Source: Lophium mytilinum (taxonomy: Eukaryota). Taken from it: 64,000 nucleotides of DNA. This document shows, piece after piece, positions 25,271-37,565 of this stretch. The position numbers and the translations under genes are program-made. Numbering within the stretch: position 1 is the stretch's first letter; each line of letters opens with the position of its first letter. Below the pieces are notes generated by a model. The model did not search any database, was not told the DNA's origin, and saw only the letters and a program-made list of their open reading frames with translations. The stretch covers positions 3,348,001 through 3,412,000 of the forward strand of contig MU004181.1 in NCBI GenBank assembly GCA_010093605.1, in the 5' to 3' direction.

Positions 25271-26591
25271 CTACTTCGTCGCGTCGAATATAACCTTCTG
25301 CGCCTTCATCTTGTCGAAAAGATCGTAGCCTGCCACCGCCTCCGACAGCGGCATGATCTTATCCGCCATGAATCTGTACACGTTTAGTGCCACGTACAGG
25401 GCCATGCTCCGCCTCGCACAACTCACCCGAGCAGGTGCTGTTTCTGTTTGAGCTTGTCCAGAGCCTGGGGAAATATCGACCTCACAGGGCATCTGCCCAT
25501 TTGAACCCGTACGTTCTTGCCGTATGCTTCGGTGCCGGTCCAGGGAATCTGCACGGGATCAGCTTAGGCGTCAATTGCATGTCAGGCAAGTGAATTTACC
25601 TCGCCGTTGTGCACACCAACACTGCTGATGATGCCCCATGGCCTGAGCAGCTCAAAACCCATTCTCAGAGCTGGGCTGAGCCCAACGACCTCAATAACCA
25701 CGTCAGCGCCACGTCCGTCAGTGAGCTCCTTGACCCGCTTGTTCAGGCCTTCACGGTCTTTCTGGAAATTCCACGGCTCTGCGCCGAGTGACTTTGCGAG
25801 ATCGAGGCGGGACTCGATCGAGTCAACTGCAAGCAAGTGCTTTGGTTTGTAGTCCTCTGCATTGATCACCGCGCAGAGACCTACAGGGCCGCAGCCAATC
25901 ACAACAACAGTTGACTCGGCAATCTGCGATTTGCTTAGCTCTTTGAAAGCGTTGTGTGCGGCGAAGTAGCCAGTTGGGAATATGTCGGCCATGAGGACCA
26001 AGGCGTCGTCTGAGATGTCGTCGGGCGCTTTCATGACGGTCGCGTCGGCCAATGGCACTCGTACCTATCCAAATATAAGTACTACTGATACTCGACCCTG
26101 TACTGAGTATCATACGTATTCAGCCTGTGCTCCATCCAAGCCTGCACTCCCAAAGAGTAACGACTTTGTGCACCGCGATGAAAATCCGTTCTTGCAGTAG
26201 AAGCAGTCACCACTACTGGCGTTAATGGCTGGAAGAATAGAGAGACTACCTGGCTTACCACGAGGCAGTGAAAGGCGAGACGACGTGGTCGCCTTTCTTC
26301 ACAGTCTTCACGTTGCTGCCGACCTCCTCCACAGTTCCCGTAAATTCGTGTCCCATGATAAAGCCCGTTGGACTCGGTTGGTGCCCACGGAAGACATGAA
26401 GCTCACTAGAAACAAGGAAGTCTACTGTCAGTATTTCCAAACAAAGTGTTGATTGATGGTACGACTCACCTTCCACACAGTGCTGTCTTCCCCACCTTGA
26501 CAATTATATCGGAGGTCTCCTCGATCTTTGGAACTGGTCGATCTTCAACCACTACCTCGCCAGGTCCTTTGAAAACAACAGCGCGCATCAT
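25271..26591 (-). CDS. Zinc-dependent medium-chain alcohol dehydrogenase, multi-exon
   Basis: MMRAVVFKGPGEV..., ALCGSELH, MGHEFTG (catalytic Zn), CGDCFYC...C (structural Zn), ADIFPTG, VIGCGPVG (NAD binding). Confidence 0.93.
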
Positions 26592-27163
26592 TTTTGCTTT
26601 CAATACAGTTACTGCTGGAAATAGCTTGGAAAGCCTTCGAGAGAGATCGAAAGCTCCACCTCAAAGGTGGGCAAGGAACGTTTATGTCTACTATTGTGAC
26701 GCCACTAGAACGAAAAGAGGATCAGGGCGGTCCAATGCCGCGGCAGCCTGTGCGGGGTAGTGGCCGCTGCAACTCGATGAGAACATACAAAGGTATTGGA
26801 ACAGACGAGGACGTGATAGTGACATGCATGCACATTATTGGCCGGGCAGGAATATTATAATAGTTTACTTTAAGAGGGCTGGACAAATCAGACTACCTAC
26901 CAGTTGCCCTGTGCTGTACCTGCAGCCTCTCGCCGTCCCATTGCTCTGTAGTGGCGGCAAATTCAACCGACGAATCATATTGACGGTATATTCAGCATCC
27001 AATAAACTCCTGGAACTCCCATGCCTGCCGAAGTGTCCTGCAAAAACCCCAAGAGCGTCCTGTCATGTCCAAAACTCCAGTCCTGATGCTTGCCATACGC
27101 CATTGGGCGGCTAAATGCCACTGCCTCCACGTTTCGAGCAACTACCCCACCCAGTCCGCCACG

Positions 27164-27583
27164 TTACGAAACTGAGCAGAGCATCTCGGCCTCGAGGATG
27201 TATTTGCCCTCCTTGTACTTCTCGGACGCTTCGTAGGCCTTGTCGTACTTCCAGCCCACCGTGACATTGCACTGCCGGCACTGAATGTCGCGCACGACAT
27301 GGCGACCGGTTGTCATGTTCCGCTCGCTCGGATCGCTCTCGATGATGTTGACCACCGAGTCGAAGAGGTAGGCTTTGCCGTGCTGGCCTCGGAAGTTCTG
27401 TGAATCATATGTGCGGTTAGCTACGTCGGAGGAAGCGGGGAAAGAAGAGGATTGTTTGAACAAACACGCGCAAGGAGCACTAACCCGACTGATGATGTCG
27501 TCATGGTTCGAGAGATGGGTCTTGCAGTCCTTGCAACCGTAGATCCTGTCGGAGTCGAGGTACACGTTGTATGCTAGTCCCAT
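27164..27583 (-). CDS. MOH1: Yippee-like protein (Moh1/YPEL), 2 exons
   Basis: MGLAYNVYL...YGCKDCKTHLS...DIISR / NFRGQHGKAYLF...MTTGRHVVRDIQCRQC...VGWKYDKAYEASEKYKEGKYILE. Confidence 0.95.
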   Translation of the reverse strand: MGLAYNVYLDSDRIYGCKDCKTHLSNHDDIISRVSAPCACLFKQSSSFPASSDVANRTYDSQNFRGQHGKAYLFDSVVNIIESDPSERNMTTGRHVVRDIQCRQCNVTVGWKYDKAYEASEKYKEGKYILEAEMLCSVS

Positions 27584-28512
27584 GGCGGGGAGAGTCCTGG
27601 TGAGAACGCCAGCAGAGGGGCAATGTTGGATGTGAGAGACTCTATAAGAGGGCCTCTGAGAGTGGTTATGGAGGTACTGGTGCTGCGGATGACGAGGGCG
27701 GCCGTTTGTCAGTCCACCGTTCACCTGCCAGATCACCGTAGGCGGCGTGGCTGATGGGTGATGAGGAGCGGATGAGGAGCACACGGGAGCACCGAGCAGA
27801 TGACCCGGCGGTTCTTGTCAGACGGGTAGAGTAGGCTTGGGAAATCCTGAAATTTAGCTTGTATGCACCTCGAGAGGGGCTGCTTCTAATGACACGAGTG
27901 AGGTCAACGGCACCAGCGGGGAGCGGGAGCTTGAGCTTGGGCAACCTGGGAAGAGCTCGGGCTTGGAGATCACGTGCGGAGCAGGCGAGTGGGGAGAGGC
28001 TGCGGAGTGAGGTTGAAAGAGAGTTAGCTGATTGGAAGGGCGGCTGAATATGGCACTGAGCAGGTGAAGCTGGCCCTCGCTGGCTAGTGGTGATGCATGA
28101 AGAGGTGGCCCGGTTCAATCAGCCTAGACGTGGCAGAAATGCTCGGCTGCAACCAGCATCTAAATGAGTATCCCGAGTATCAACAGCAGGCGGGGCAGAT
28201 ATACAATATACAGATATACACGAGGATAGCCGGCGTTGTGAGACGGCAGCTCCTAAGACGTGGTCAGGGGCTATCCAGTTTCCGTGAAGCTGAGTTGCAA
28301 GTGCTTTGACGCATGATCAGATGGAAGGTCAATCGACGATTTCGACACGCCTGATTACGCGCTGGCCTCTCAGACAGCCAGCTGCCCACCGTGACATTGC
28401 CGCTAGCGTGCAGCGAGTGGTGCAGCGCGTTGCAGTAGGTATCTATAGGTTCACAGGTTCGTGTCGCAGGGCTGGCGGCTCAACTCCCAGCCTTCAGCAT
28501 TGTTTTCCGCGA

Positions 28513-28538
28513 TTCCAGAAAAACCGCCTAGAAGGTTC
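28513..28538 (+). promoter_or_regulatory. Candidate heat-shock elements upstream of the DnaJ gene
   Basis: TTCcaGAA (28513-28520) and GAAggTTC (28531-28538) sit ~120-145 bp before the ATG of a co-chaperone. These are two dimers, not a full three-unit HSE. Confidence 0.4.
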
Positions 28539-28656
28539 CACCGGCCGCCTACTGTGCCCACCAGCCCTGAAGCGACACCAACTCTACGCCAATTTAGGTT
28601 TCCTTTTACCACCACATTCCCAGCAGTTAGTGCCGTAGTGTGTCACCTCAGGCCCG

Positions 28657-30960
28657 ATGGTTCTTCCCTCCCTCTTCGCCAAAAACAAGAAGAAACACCA
28701 CAACCCGCAGTCCAACAGTCACCCGCCTGCCCAGGGCACCCCTCCCTCGTCACCCGAGAAAAAGTCGTTCCCGCGTCTGGCCAAAGACAAGGACCGCGAC
28801 CGCGATCGGGACCGCCGCCCCAACTCCACCCACTCCAGCAAAAGCTATTCCAAGTCCTCTAAATACGACCGCGACTCACACCCCCTCAACCTCCCGCCCG
28901 ACGAGCTGAGACGGCTCTCGGCGCTGTCCACCATGAGCGACCATGGCACGCCGCAGCCCATGGACGTCGACCGCGAGTTCACCTCGTCGCCAGTGCCCTC
29001 GAGCCCGGCCAACCCTCCCCAGGCCCCCGGCGCCTTTCCCAAGACCACTCCAAATGGCACCAGCGAAGAGCAGGAACCCGGCCCACGGCCTCCGCCGCAC
29101 CGCTATACCACCAGTCCTCCGCCGCAGTCACAGCCCGCAGCACCGGCCCAGTCGGCACCAGCTCCGCCTGCAGTAGATGCAGAGGCATGCAAAGCCTCCG
29201 GGAACAAGTTCTTCAAGGCTCGGGAGTACCAGAAGGCCATTGATGAATACTCGAAGGGTGAGAACAAATCCTATTCTCCAGCTATTTCGGCTGCTGCCTG
29301 CCGCCAGCCAACCTACTGTTTCACACAATCTCTACACTAGAATATTGAAGCTAACAGGTTATCTGAAGCAATCGACGCCGACCCCAAAAATGCTACCTAC
29401 TACTCGAACCGAGCCGCAGCCCTCATGTCCGCCAACCGCTTTGTAGAAGCCCTGGAAGACTGCAAAGTGGCCGATGAGCTTGACCCGCACAACATGAAGA
29501 TATTACTCCGGCTTGGACGCCTGTATACCAGTCTCGGAAGGCCGGACGAGGCTTTGGCAGTGTTTGCACAGATCGAACCGCCGGCCTCGGTCAAGGACAA
29601 GCAGCCTGCAGTGAGCATGAAACAGCACATCAAGCAGGCCGAGGAACTGCTGCGCACCGGCACTTCAGGGTCCATGGTCATACACGCTCTCGATCAGGCT
29701 GAAAGAGGCCTTGGATTCACCGCAGAGAAGCCGAGAAAGTGGAGACTGATGCGCGGAGAGGCATACTTGAAGATGGGTAACGTCAATGCACTTGGAGATG
29801 CAATGAACGTCGTCATCTCATTGCTGCAGAAAAATGCGCAAGATCCCGATGCGTTGGTGCTACGGGGCCGCATTTATTATGCTCAAGGAGACAACGATAG
29901 TGCCATCAAGCACTTCCGGCGAGCCCTAGACTGCGATCCGGACTTTACAGCCGCGGTGAAATACCTGCGAATGGTGCAGAAGCTGGACCGCATGAAGGAG
30001 GAAGGCAATGCCTCTTTTAAGGCTGGGCGACTCCAAGAAGCAGTGAGCAAGTACACCGGAGCGCTAGAAGTTGATCCCTTGAACAAGGGAACGAACTCTA
30101 AAATTCTCCAAAACCGAGCTCTTTGCTACACAAGGGTAAGAATACCTGTCTTGGTTTGGTCTACAAAGCTCAGTGACTAATCGAGTGCTACAGCTAAAAA
30201 ACTATACTGGTGCCATTGCGGACTGCACGCGAGCACTCGAGCTCGACCCCACCTACACTAAAGCCAGAAAGACAAAGGCCAAGGCATTAGGAGAGTCTGG
30301 AAATTGGGAGGAGGCTGTTCGCGACCTGAAGGCAATTTACGAGGCCAACCCCCAGGAACCAGGCATGGCGAAGGAGATTCGGAACGCAGAGCTAGAACTA
30401 AAGAAGAGCAAGAGGAAGGACTACTACAAAATCCTCGGTATCGAGAAAGATGCCACCGAAACCGAGATCAAAAAGGCATACCGGAAACTGGCCATCGTAC
30501 ATCATCCAGACAAGAACCCAGATGACGAACAGGCTGCAGATAGATTCAAGGAAATTCAGGAGGCGCACGAAACCTTGAGCGATTCACAGTAAGTTACACA
30601 AGTCCTTATCTTGATAGAATCGATACTAACACTCATCCAGGAAGCGAGCGCGATATGACAGCGGAGAAGACCTCATTGATCCGTCAGAGATGTTCGGAGG
30701 TGGGGGTGGCTTTGGCGGCATGGGCGGCGGCGGTGGCGGTGTGCAGATAGACCCTGAAATGCGTAAGTCAGGTTCCTCGCGACTTCATATGTACCCTCAG
30801 ACTAACGATATCAGTTTTCAACATGTTTGGGGGGACCGGTGGTGGTGGTGGAGGGGGTAGCCCCTTTGGCTTCGCTGGCGCGCAGGGTGGCAGCCCCTTT
30901 GGGCAGCGCTCTGGCGGGCGACGAGGGCAACAATATCCAGGCGGGTTCCCATCGTTCTAG
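28657..30960 (+). CDS. TPR-repeat DnaJ co-chaperone (DNAJC7/Tpr2-like), multi-exon
   Basis: TPRs ([13 protein letters not shown]..., [22 protein letters not shown]); J-domain DYYKILG...[14 protein letters not shown]; Gly/Phe-rich tail ending YPGGFPSF* at 30960. Confidence 0.94.
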
Positions 30961-31968
30961 GAGTCTTCCGCAAAGCAATCCCCGCTTCAACCCATTTGCA
31001 TATGTTGTTTCTACTAGGTCAGACCCCTTGGAGTTCCGGAAGCTTGTTAAAAACTGGGCAACGCGCCTTATGCGTTCTCATAGATCAGCCTGGGTTTCGT
31101 ATCCTAGATCCGCATCTGGATCTGGGTGGCTTTGAAGCGAGCATTGCATAGTTTCTCCTTTGCAGGCACGGTGGTGGTAGGACACTTTTCTTGTAACAAC
31201 TCATTCAAGAGATCTGACTAGAGGTTGATAAAGGCGCAACGCCGGTAATTGCCAAGTTTGCTTCCATCTGTGCTGTGGCGTGTTGTAGTGTGTTGCCGGG
31301 ATGAATTCTGTGCATAGCTTCTTGCTGCCGTCATAGGTGCTTCTCAGAACACCTTCACATTCTGGGAAATATGGACTTTTATCATTCCAAACAACGGGTA
31401 AGTTTGACACGTCCCTCAAATCGGGTATCTGTCCACTTGCTTTTCATTTCTGGGGCTCAAATGAAGACTCCCTTGATATTCGCGAACTGTGTTGAAGCAC
31501 CTCATGCAGCGGCAAAGTATTTTACGCAGATGATTATTGCTCTTGCACTGTTCGTGCTTTTCGACATCTCGTACACATCAAAGCACTCATATTTCCCGCT
31601 ATGCTGGGCTTCGAGGTTGGAGCTGGGCGGCGAGGCGCTCGAGGGCGGCTTCTTCTTTTGGAGCAACCTTGATCCGACGTGACCTCACCTCCAACCTCCA
31701 CTCTCGTCTCAAATTTCTTTTTCTCCATCTCCTTCCACCACCTTCCCGTAACGCGTACGTCCAAGCGGACATCAGATGTAAGTCCGCTACGATATAGGAC
31801 TGCGACGAGTTGATTCGAATGGCGAGAGCAGAAGACGGCGAAGGCACGCTGCGGATGGGCACGCCTTCAAGTCGTCCGCACATCACCGCAGTTCTTTCTC
31901 ATCAGGCCTCGCTGCCGGCGCACGTCTCATAGACTCCAGATCCAGGACCTGTCGCCCAAACTTCGAAG

Positions 31969-32843
31969 ATGAAGCGAAACTGGCAAAACTACCTCGACTG
32001 GGACGACCCTATCCGTAACGCAGCAACCGAACAACAAAAACGGATGATTGCGGCCGACATTGCACGTCACCGGCGCGAGTTTGAGGCTGCTCTTCGCGAG
32101 CAGAGAATCAAGAAAGAATACGAGGAGGGCGAGCTATACTCTTTCACACCGCCGAGCAATGCCCAGCAATTCCCAGCCCAATTTCGGAGGACCCTTCATG
32201 CATACAACGGAGTACGGAACATCTCGATACCGCGGTTCGCCGGCATTGCACATCTCTCGAATCCGATCGCTCCGTCCTTCATGTCCGCTCTACGTCGACC
32301 GCTTGATTCTACCTTTTCTATGGCTCGAGGGGTGGCTAGGCGAGTCCTACCGTTTAGATCGAAGAAGAATGCGGATTCAAGTCAAGGGAAGCAACCTCGA
32401 CTCGACACCGATGTGCTTCGAAACCGCAACTCCAGCTTTGAGGGTGAAGCCCCTCCAACGGCCTCGAACTCGAGCAGGAAGCGACGAAGAATCGACGGCC
32501 GCCTGAGTCCCGATGCTGGCTTCGTTGCGCGTAACACAATCTTTGGGCTAGGCGTGGTAAACTGTGCGTCATGCTCCTTTCTGAAGGTCTTGGCCAGCGT
32601 CATGACATTCTCGGGCTCGCCCATTAGCTTTTCATGATGCGGAGCTATTACCTACTGACGATTCAACCAGCAATTCCGACGTGGCAACCGTACCCCAACG
32701 CCGTCACTCCGGGTTCGACCCGCCTCAATCCGTTCGTCATCCAAGAGGTCATCGCCGAAGAGCTTGAACCGGAGCCCGGCCTCCCCTTCCGTCCGAAGAC
32801 AGCAGAGCCTTTACATCCCATTGTCGAAATCATCGAGGACTAG
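31969..32843 (+). CDS. Hypothetical protein, probably 2 exons
   Basis: 222-aa ORF with a coiled-coil-like start and NLS-like SRKRRRI. A GTGCGT donor and CTGAC...CAG acceptor would join it to IPTWQPYP...PIVEIIED*. No family recognised. Confidence 0.5.
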
Positions 32844-33792
32844 GCCAGCTTAGTTGATGTCGCCTGAACCGAGATCTCCGTGAACTTTCTGCAGGATCTC
32901 CAAACTGCGCGGCTTTCCTGTTACTATGTTCCTCTCTGTTTGAGTTTCTAGGTTGAAGTTCGGGTGTCTGGGTTCTATCTGGCTGCTGAAGTGCATATCG
33001 CAGCTTCGGTCGAGGTTAGTAGATTTCGAGGTACGGCATCTCTTCGTTTCGGGAGCATGTTGGTACTATTTCGATCCCGGAGCGTCAAGGAGGCGAATTC
33101 GCTAAGGTTATGGCATGCCTGATCTGAGGCTCTCGAGCTTGGGGTTAAGCCTTCCAAGTTTTTTTTCTTCAAAGCAAGTAATTGTAATGTGGCGAATGGC
33201 GTGGACACACGACTTTAGCCACAGTTTCTATCGAGACAGAATGTATATTATGGGCAGTAGGGAATACGGGATGTAAGAGAATAAAAGTGAATCAAGATCC
33301 CATCTCGCAATATGTGCACACTCACCTACCACTTCTTGTGGAGCTTCAATATCAAAGTTAGAGGAGATGCAGCGTTAGTCTTGACTGCGACAACTCTGAA
33401 GACTGAGCGGGCTCCCGTTGCACACGCATTCCTCCACTACTCAAGAAACGCCAACAAGATGCCAGAATCGATTCAAAATCACGTGAAATTGGTTCACCCC
33501 ATGCTCCTCGCACTACCAAAATTAGCCCAAGTCTCACGACCTGATTCACAGACCACATCAATAGTATGCCAAAAACGACTTCAAATTGCACGGACTGGCT
33601 CCACTTCATACATGTTACAACACTGAAACTAACCTAGAAATCAAGGTATAATTTAGGGTGTTCGGCAATAGTATGCCAAAATCGACTCCAAATTGCACGG
33701 TCGCGAAGTGTTTAGTGCTATGGGTGGATGATCTCAGCAGTGTGTTTGTTGCAACGGAGAACCACACTCGAAGTAAAGATCATAAATTGATT

Positions 33793-35283
33793 CTATGCTG
33801 CCTCTACGTTTGCCATAGCAACACGTTCTACAACCCTTACCCATCTCCGCCGTCTCCACTCTCCTTTCTTGTCGAGCCCATTGCCCTCCTCCCAAGACTT
33901 TGGCACGGGCTTTGCTTTTCCTTTACCCTTCACGCCACCCTTACTCTTCGCTGAGTTCAAGGGATGCCCGAACTCATCAATATTCTCTTCTTCGTATAGG
34001 ATGTCAGTCACCCATCTCTCTCCCTCAATCTCAACCTCGACGCCGGTGACGTATCTCTCCTCAACCCACTCCCTGCTCAGCAGATCCAGCGTCCATTTCT
34101 TGTCTCTCCAGCGCCAGCCCTTTGGCGCCTGCACGTCTTCGAAGAATCTGGTTCCGCGTGGCCTATCTCCGGCAATGCGAGCGGGCGACAGTGGGGCGTA
34201 GGGAGACGGGCTGAAAAGGAAGGATTCGTACTCCGCATCTTCTGTATGTAGAGGCCTACTCTGCAACTCAAAGATCTCCACCTCGCGGGTTTCTGGAGCG
34301 GAGGAAAGGGATATATCAGACTTGGAGAGCTGGAGAAGCCAGGAGCGAGCGATGGTTTCCTGCTCCTGAATCATTGCGTCTGCCTGAGTGGATTGGAGGA
34401 AAGACTGCGTGGATGGGTGACAGGCGCATATGCCCGCCCAGCCAGAGACGAGGAAGATGGCACGCCAGGGAAGAAGGTGCGATGTAATGAATAGCAGGCA
34501 AGCTGTTGCACTTAATAGTAGGAAGAGGACTGAGGACAGTGCTTCGTTGGAAAAGTTGGTCGGTGGAGCGAGAGCGGCGATTAAGGAGTCGTGTACCTTG
34601 CTGAAATCCTCCATAACGTTCTGTAAGTCTCGCATATTGCGGAAAAAGTCTTTGCTCAGCTCCGGGGCGGGTTTGATGTTTTGAGCAGGGGCGAGGGGCG
34701 GCCCAGCGAGCGGATATAGGTCTGTAGGCTGGTTGCTCGGCGGTGGAGGATGGCGCGTTAGGAAAGCTGGAACCATGATGAAAAAGAGGCAGAGGGCTAG
34801 CGGGACGACCGGGAGGAGCGTTGGCTCGAGACAGATGAATGTGTAGACAGCGAGAAAGGATAGCGTCTGAGTAGGCTCCTTCCAGCTGAAGAGCTGGATC
34901 ATGCGGTTTTGAAAGACAAAAGCAACGCCGATTCTGGCGTTGAAGCGGCGGAAGTTGTTGGACATGATAGGCAGACTGAAGCCTGGTCGGTCAACGTATT
35001 CCCGCGATCGTCTATCCTTCACGCCGTCAGGCGCATCCTGCGGCAAGACCTGCTGGAGAAGCATGGTGAACAGACGGTCCGACATGGTGCTTGGAGACTC
35101 GGGCCTGGCTGGATGGCTCCCCAGATTTTCTAAGCGCTCCTTGAGCTTGCCGGGCGGGAGTGCTTGTCTGAAGGCATCCCGTTTGCGAGGCGTGGTGGGG
35201 ACGTCATCATCAGGCGAAGTAACTCGAAGGACCGGAATAGGGTCGCCGCGGTTCACAATGGCGTCTGAGCTGTCTTTCTCCAT
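33793..35283 (-). CDS. Pex24-family peroxin (Pex28/29-like, reticulon-like plus dysferlin domain)
   Basis: Intronless, 496 aa. FSLPIMSNNFRRFNARIG, FSWKEPTQTLSFLAVYTF, FFRNMRDLQNVM, VEIFELQ, and C-terminal WRRRRWVR. Confidence 0.9.
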   Translation of the reverse strand: MEKDSSDAIVNRGDPIPVLRVTSPDDDVPTTPRKRDAFRQALPPGKLKERLENLGSHPARPESPSTMSDRLFTMLLQQVLPQDAPDGVKDRRSREYVDRPGFSLPIMSNNFRRFNARIGVAFVFQNRMIQLFSWKEPTQTLSFLAVYTFICLEPTLLPVVPLALCLFFIMVPAFLTRHPPPPSNQPTDLYPLAGPPLAPAQNIKPAPELSKDFFRNMRDLQNVMEDFSKVHDSLIAALAPPTNFSNEALSSVLFLLLSATACLLFITSHLLPWRAIFLVSGWAGICACHPSTQSFLQSTQADAMIQEQETIARSWLLQLSKSDISLSSAPETREVEIFELQSRPLHTEDAEYESFLFSPSPYAPLSPARIAGDRPRGTRFFEDVQAPKGWRWRDKKWTLDLLSREWVEERYVTGVEVEIEGERWVTDILYEEENIDEFGHPLNSAKSKGGVKGKGKAKPVPKSWEEGNGLDKKGEWRRRRWVRVVERVAMANVEAA

Positions 35284-37565
35284 GATGGAGGTTAGGAGGA
35301 CGTAGAGTGTCGCTGGCGGCGTTGATATCGCGTGGTACTAGGTAGGGGTAGGTAATAGTACGCAGCTTAGTGAATTAGGTAGCACGTGAAGACGGGACGG
35401 TGACGAGCAATGGTGGGGTGCACGGGCCACTCTAATTTGTTTAATGTACATCTCCCAAGGTTCAGCTTCCGTTCAACCACACACAAACTCGATTTTGCGC
35501 AAATTGAGTCTTTATAGCTCCATGCCTATAGGTGGCCTCTGAAGCACACTCAGGCAGTTTTCTGACAACGAAACCGAGCGGCACGCAGAGATCCATCGCA
35601 ACCAAAGGCCATCTTCCAAGACACAACTAGATCAGGCTACTTCTGTTCAGCTTCTATAGGCCCACATACTTGCTTCGCCATGGCATTCCCAATAAATCGA
35701 GGAATATTTCGATCCTCAAGACAAACTGGGTAACGCTAGCAACCTCGTCTTCGGCATCGTGGTGAGCTTCCTGCGAATGACCAGCCGTACTTCAACTCCC
35801 TTGGGCCCCTACCCGACGAGAGCGGCGACTTCGCACATCATCGAAGCTTTCCGTGCTGATTACCCTGCTCAAAAGGTAACGTGCAGGGAAGAGCATCCAT
35901 AATTGAGAGAAGGCACATTGACAGATTATGTTCTCCGGTAGGCAACCGTTCCTGGCGCTGTGGACAATATCAACCAAGCCAACGACCACAGGGCTAGTAA
36001 TTGGGACCTCCTTGAAGGGCTTCTTATGGGTATCAGCGAGACCTACTCCAAGCTTGCTAGTCTTCCCGAAACGTTCTTTTCGCCATGCCAGACATGAACT
36101 CTGCAGGCCGCTCCATTCATGTCATCGACAAGCTCGGAAGCTGAGAGCGCACTCGTGGCCCTCCAGAAGCCCCATACTCCTATCGTTAGGCTGCTACTGG
36201 TAGGTCTACTACATAGCCCGCGTTTGAGTGCGAGTCGTATCATCGCTATCCCTGAATCTTCTCAATCTATCCTTTTAGAAGAAGAAATATGCAGACGCGG
36301 GAGCCTGAGTCGGCGGACGATCTCCCAGTTGCGAGCAGGTGGACCGGAAACTTTGTGTGACTACTAAATCTAAGGTTAAGGCGGAAATGTTGTTGATCGG
36401 AGATTTGATTGTGAAGGGTGAATATGCGAGACGGAATGTCAAAAAAATGTCGATCGGCACGTTCCTGCAGCCACCAACAGTCCAATCATAGCTTTTTCCA
36501 GGCCTGCAACGGCGAATACGTACCCATGCAATTTTTATTCTGCAAACGTTTTCTCTGCAGCCGGAGTCAAGTACCGGACGCACTCTGGCTGAATGCGGCA
36601 TCCACATAAGCCTAGGATGTTGTTTAGGGGATACAATCATACCACCATTTTACAGTTGCACGCCCTCTGACTTGCGCCTACGCTATGCTGAACCTACAAG
36701 TCATAAGCCCCTCGTCTCTGTCTGGAATATGCAGTGGTACAGACCCCGTTCAGGCCGTTCATGCGCGCCCCGGACATGTAGCACAGTGCCAGTGAACCGC
36801 ACCTGTCAGTGTGCCTTTTATAGTGCTTCATGAGGTCCTCGTGCCCAACCAGGCTTCGCTGGATGCCGCTCTGCAGCGTCGCGAAGGTCGTCGCGCTGGA
36901 CGTGTGGGCCCTGAGCGTTTCCCGGGGAGCCTGTTGTTGTGATATGGCGGCGAATAGTTGTCGAGCGCATGGTCCAATATGCAAATCTGGCCGGGGTCGC
37001 GGCCAGAGACATTAGCGGGCGCCCTCTCCACGCCTATTCCGATAGCTTAACGACTACTCTGCACCTCATCTGGACCCTCAACTTCTCCTGGCCGTGTCCA
37101 CGCTGAGACTCAGCCTCGACTCCTCTGCCTCGACGCTGGCTTGCCCGTTTGTTGACCCCCTCTTCCCCCTCCGCTTCCCGTCAGACACTCTTCCGCTCCT
37201 GGCACACGACATGCCATCTCACTCGTAGCCAAATCTCCAAGCCTCGAGCTTGGAGATCCGCACTGCATAGGAGAAGGCTCATCTGGGACGCCCCCGACCG
37301 CGTCCTCGCAACTCCTGCTCGGCGATCCTCACCGTCGACAGCCAGGCCCACCGCAATCTTGAGCTAGACCGAGCCCTGGAAAGTATGACGGCCCAGCTCA
37401 CCAGCTCAGGGCTGCTTCGCACGATGGATTCTGTCCTCCCGGTGCCCAGGGCAGACACTGCTGAAGAGTCCAGCGGTTCTGGTGGTAAGAATGCTCCGTC
37501 TACAGGCAGCACCTCCCCGTCTCAACTGCCCCTGCCAATGGATGGTGTCGAGAACAAAGCAGCTG

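Noticed and set aside
1029..27583. Apparent grouping of ubiquitin-related genes (RBR ligase, UBZ protein, Moh1)
   Set aside because: They are separated by many unrelated housekeeping genes, so there is no evidence of a functional cluster.
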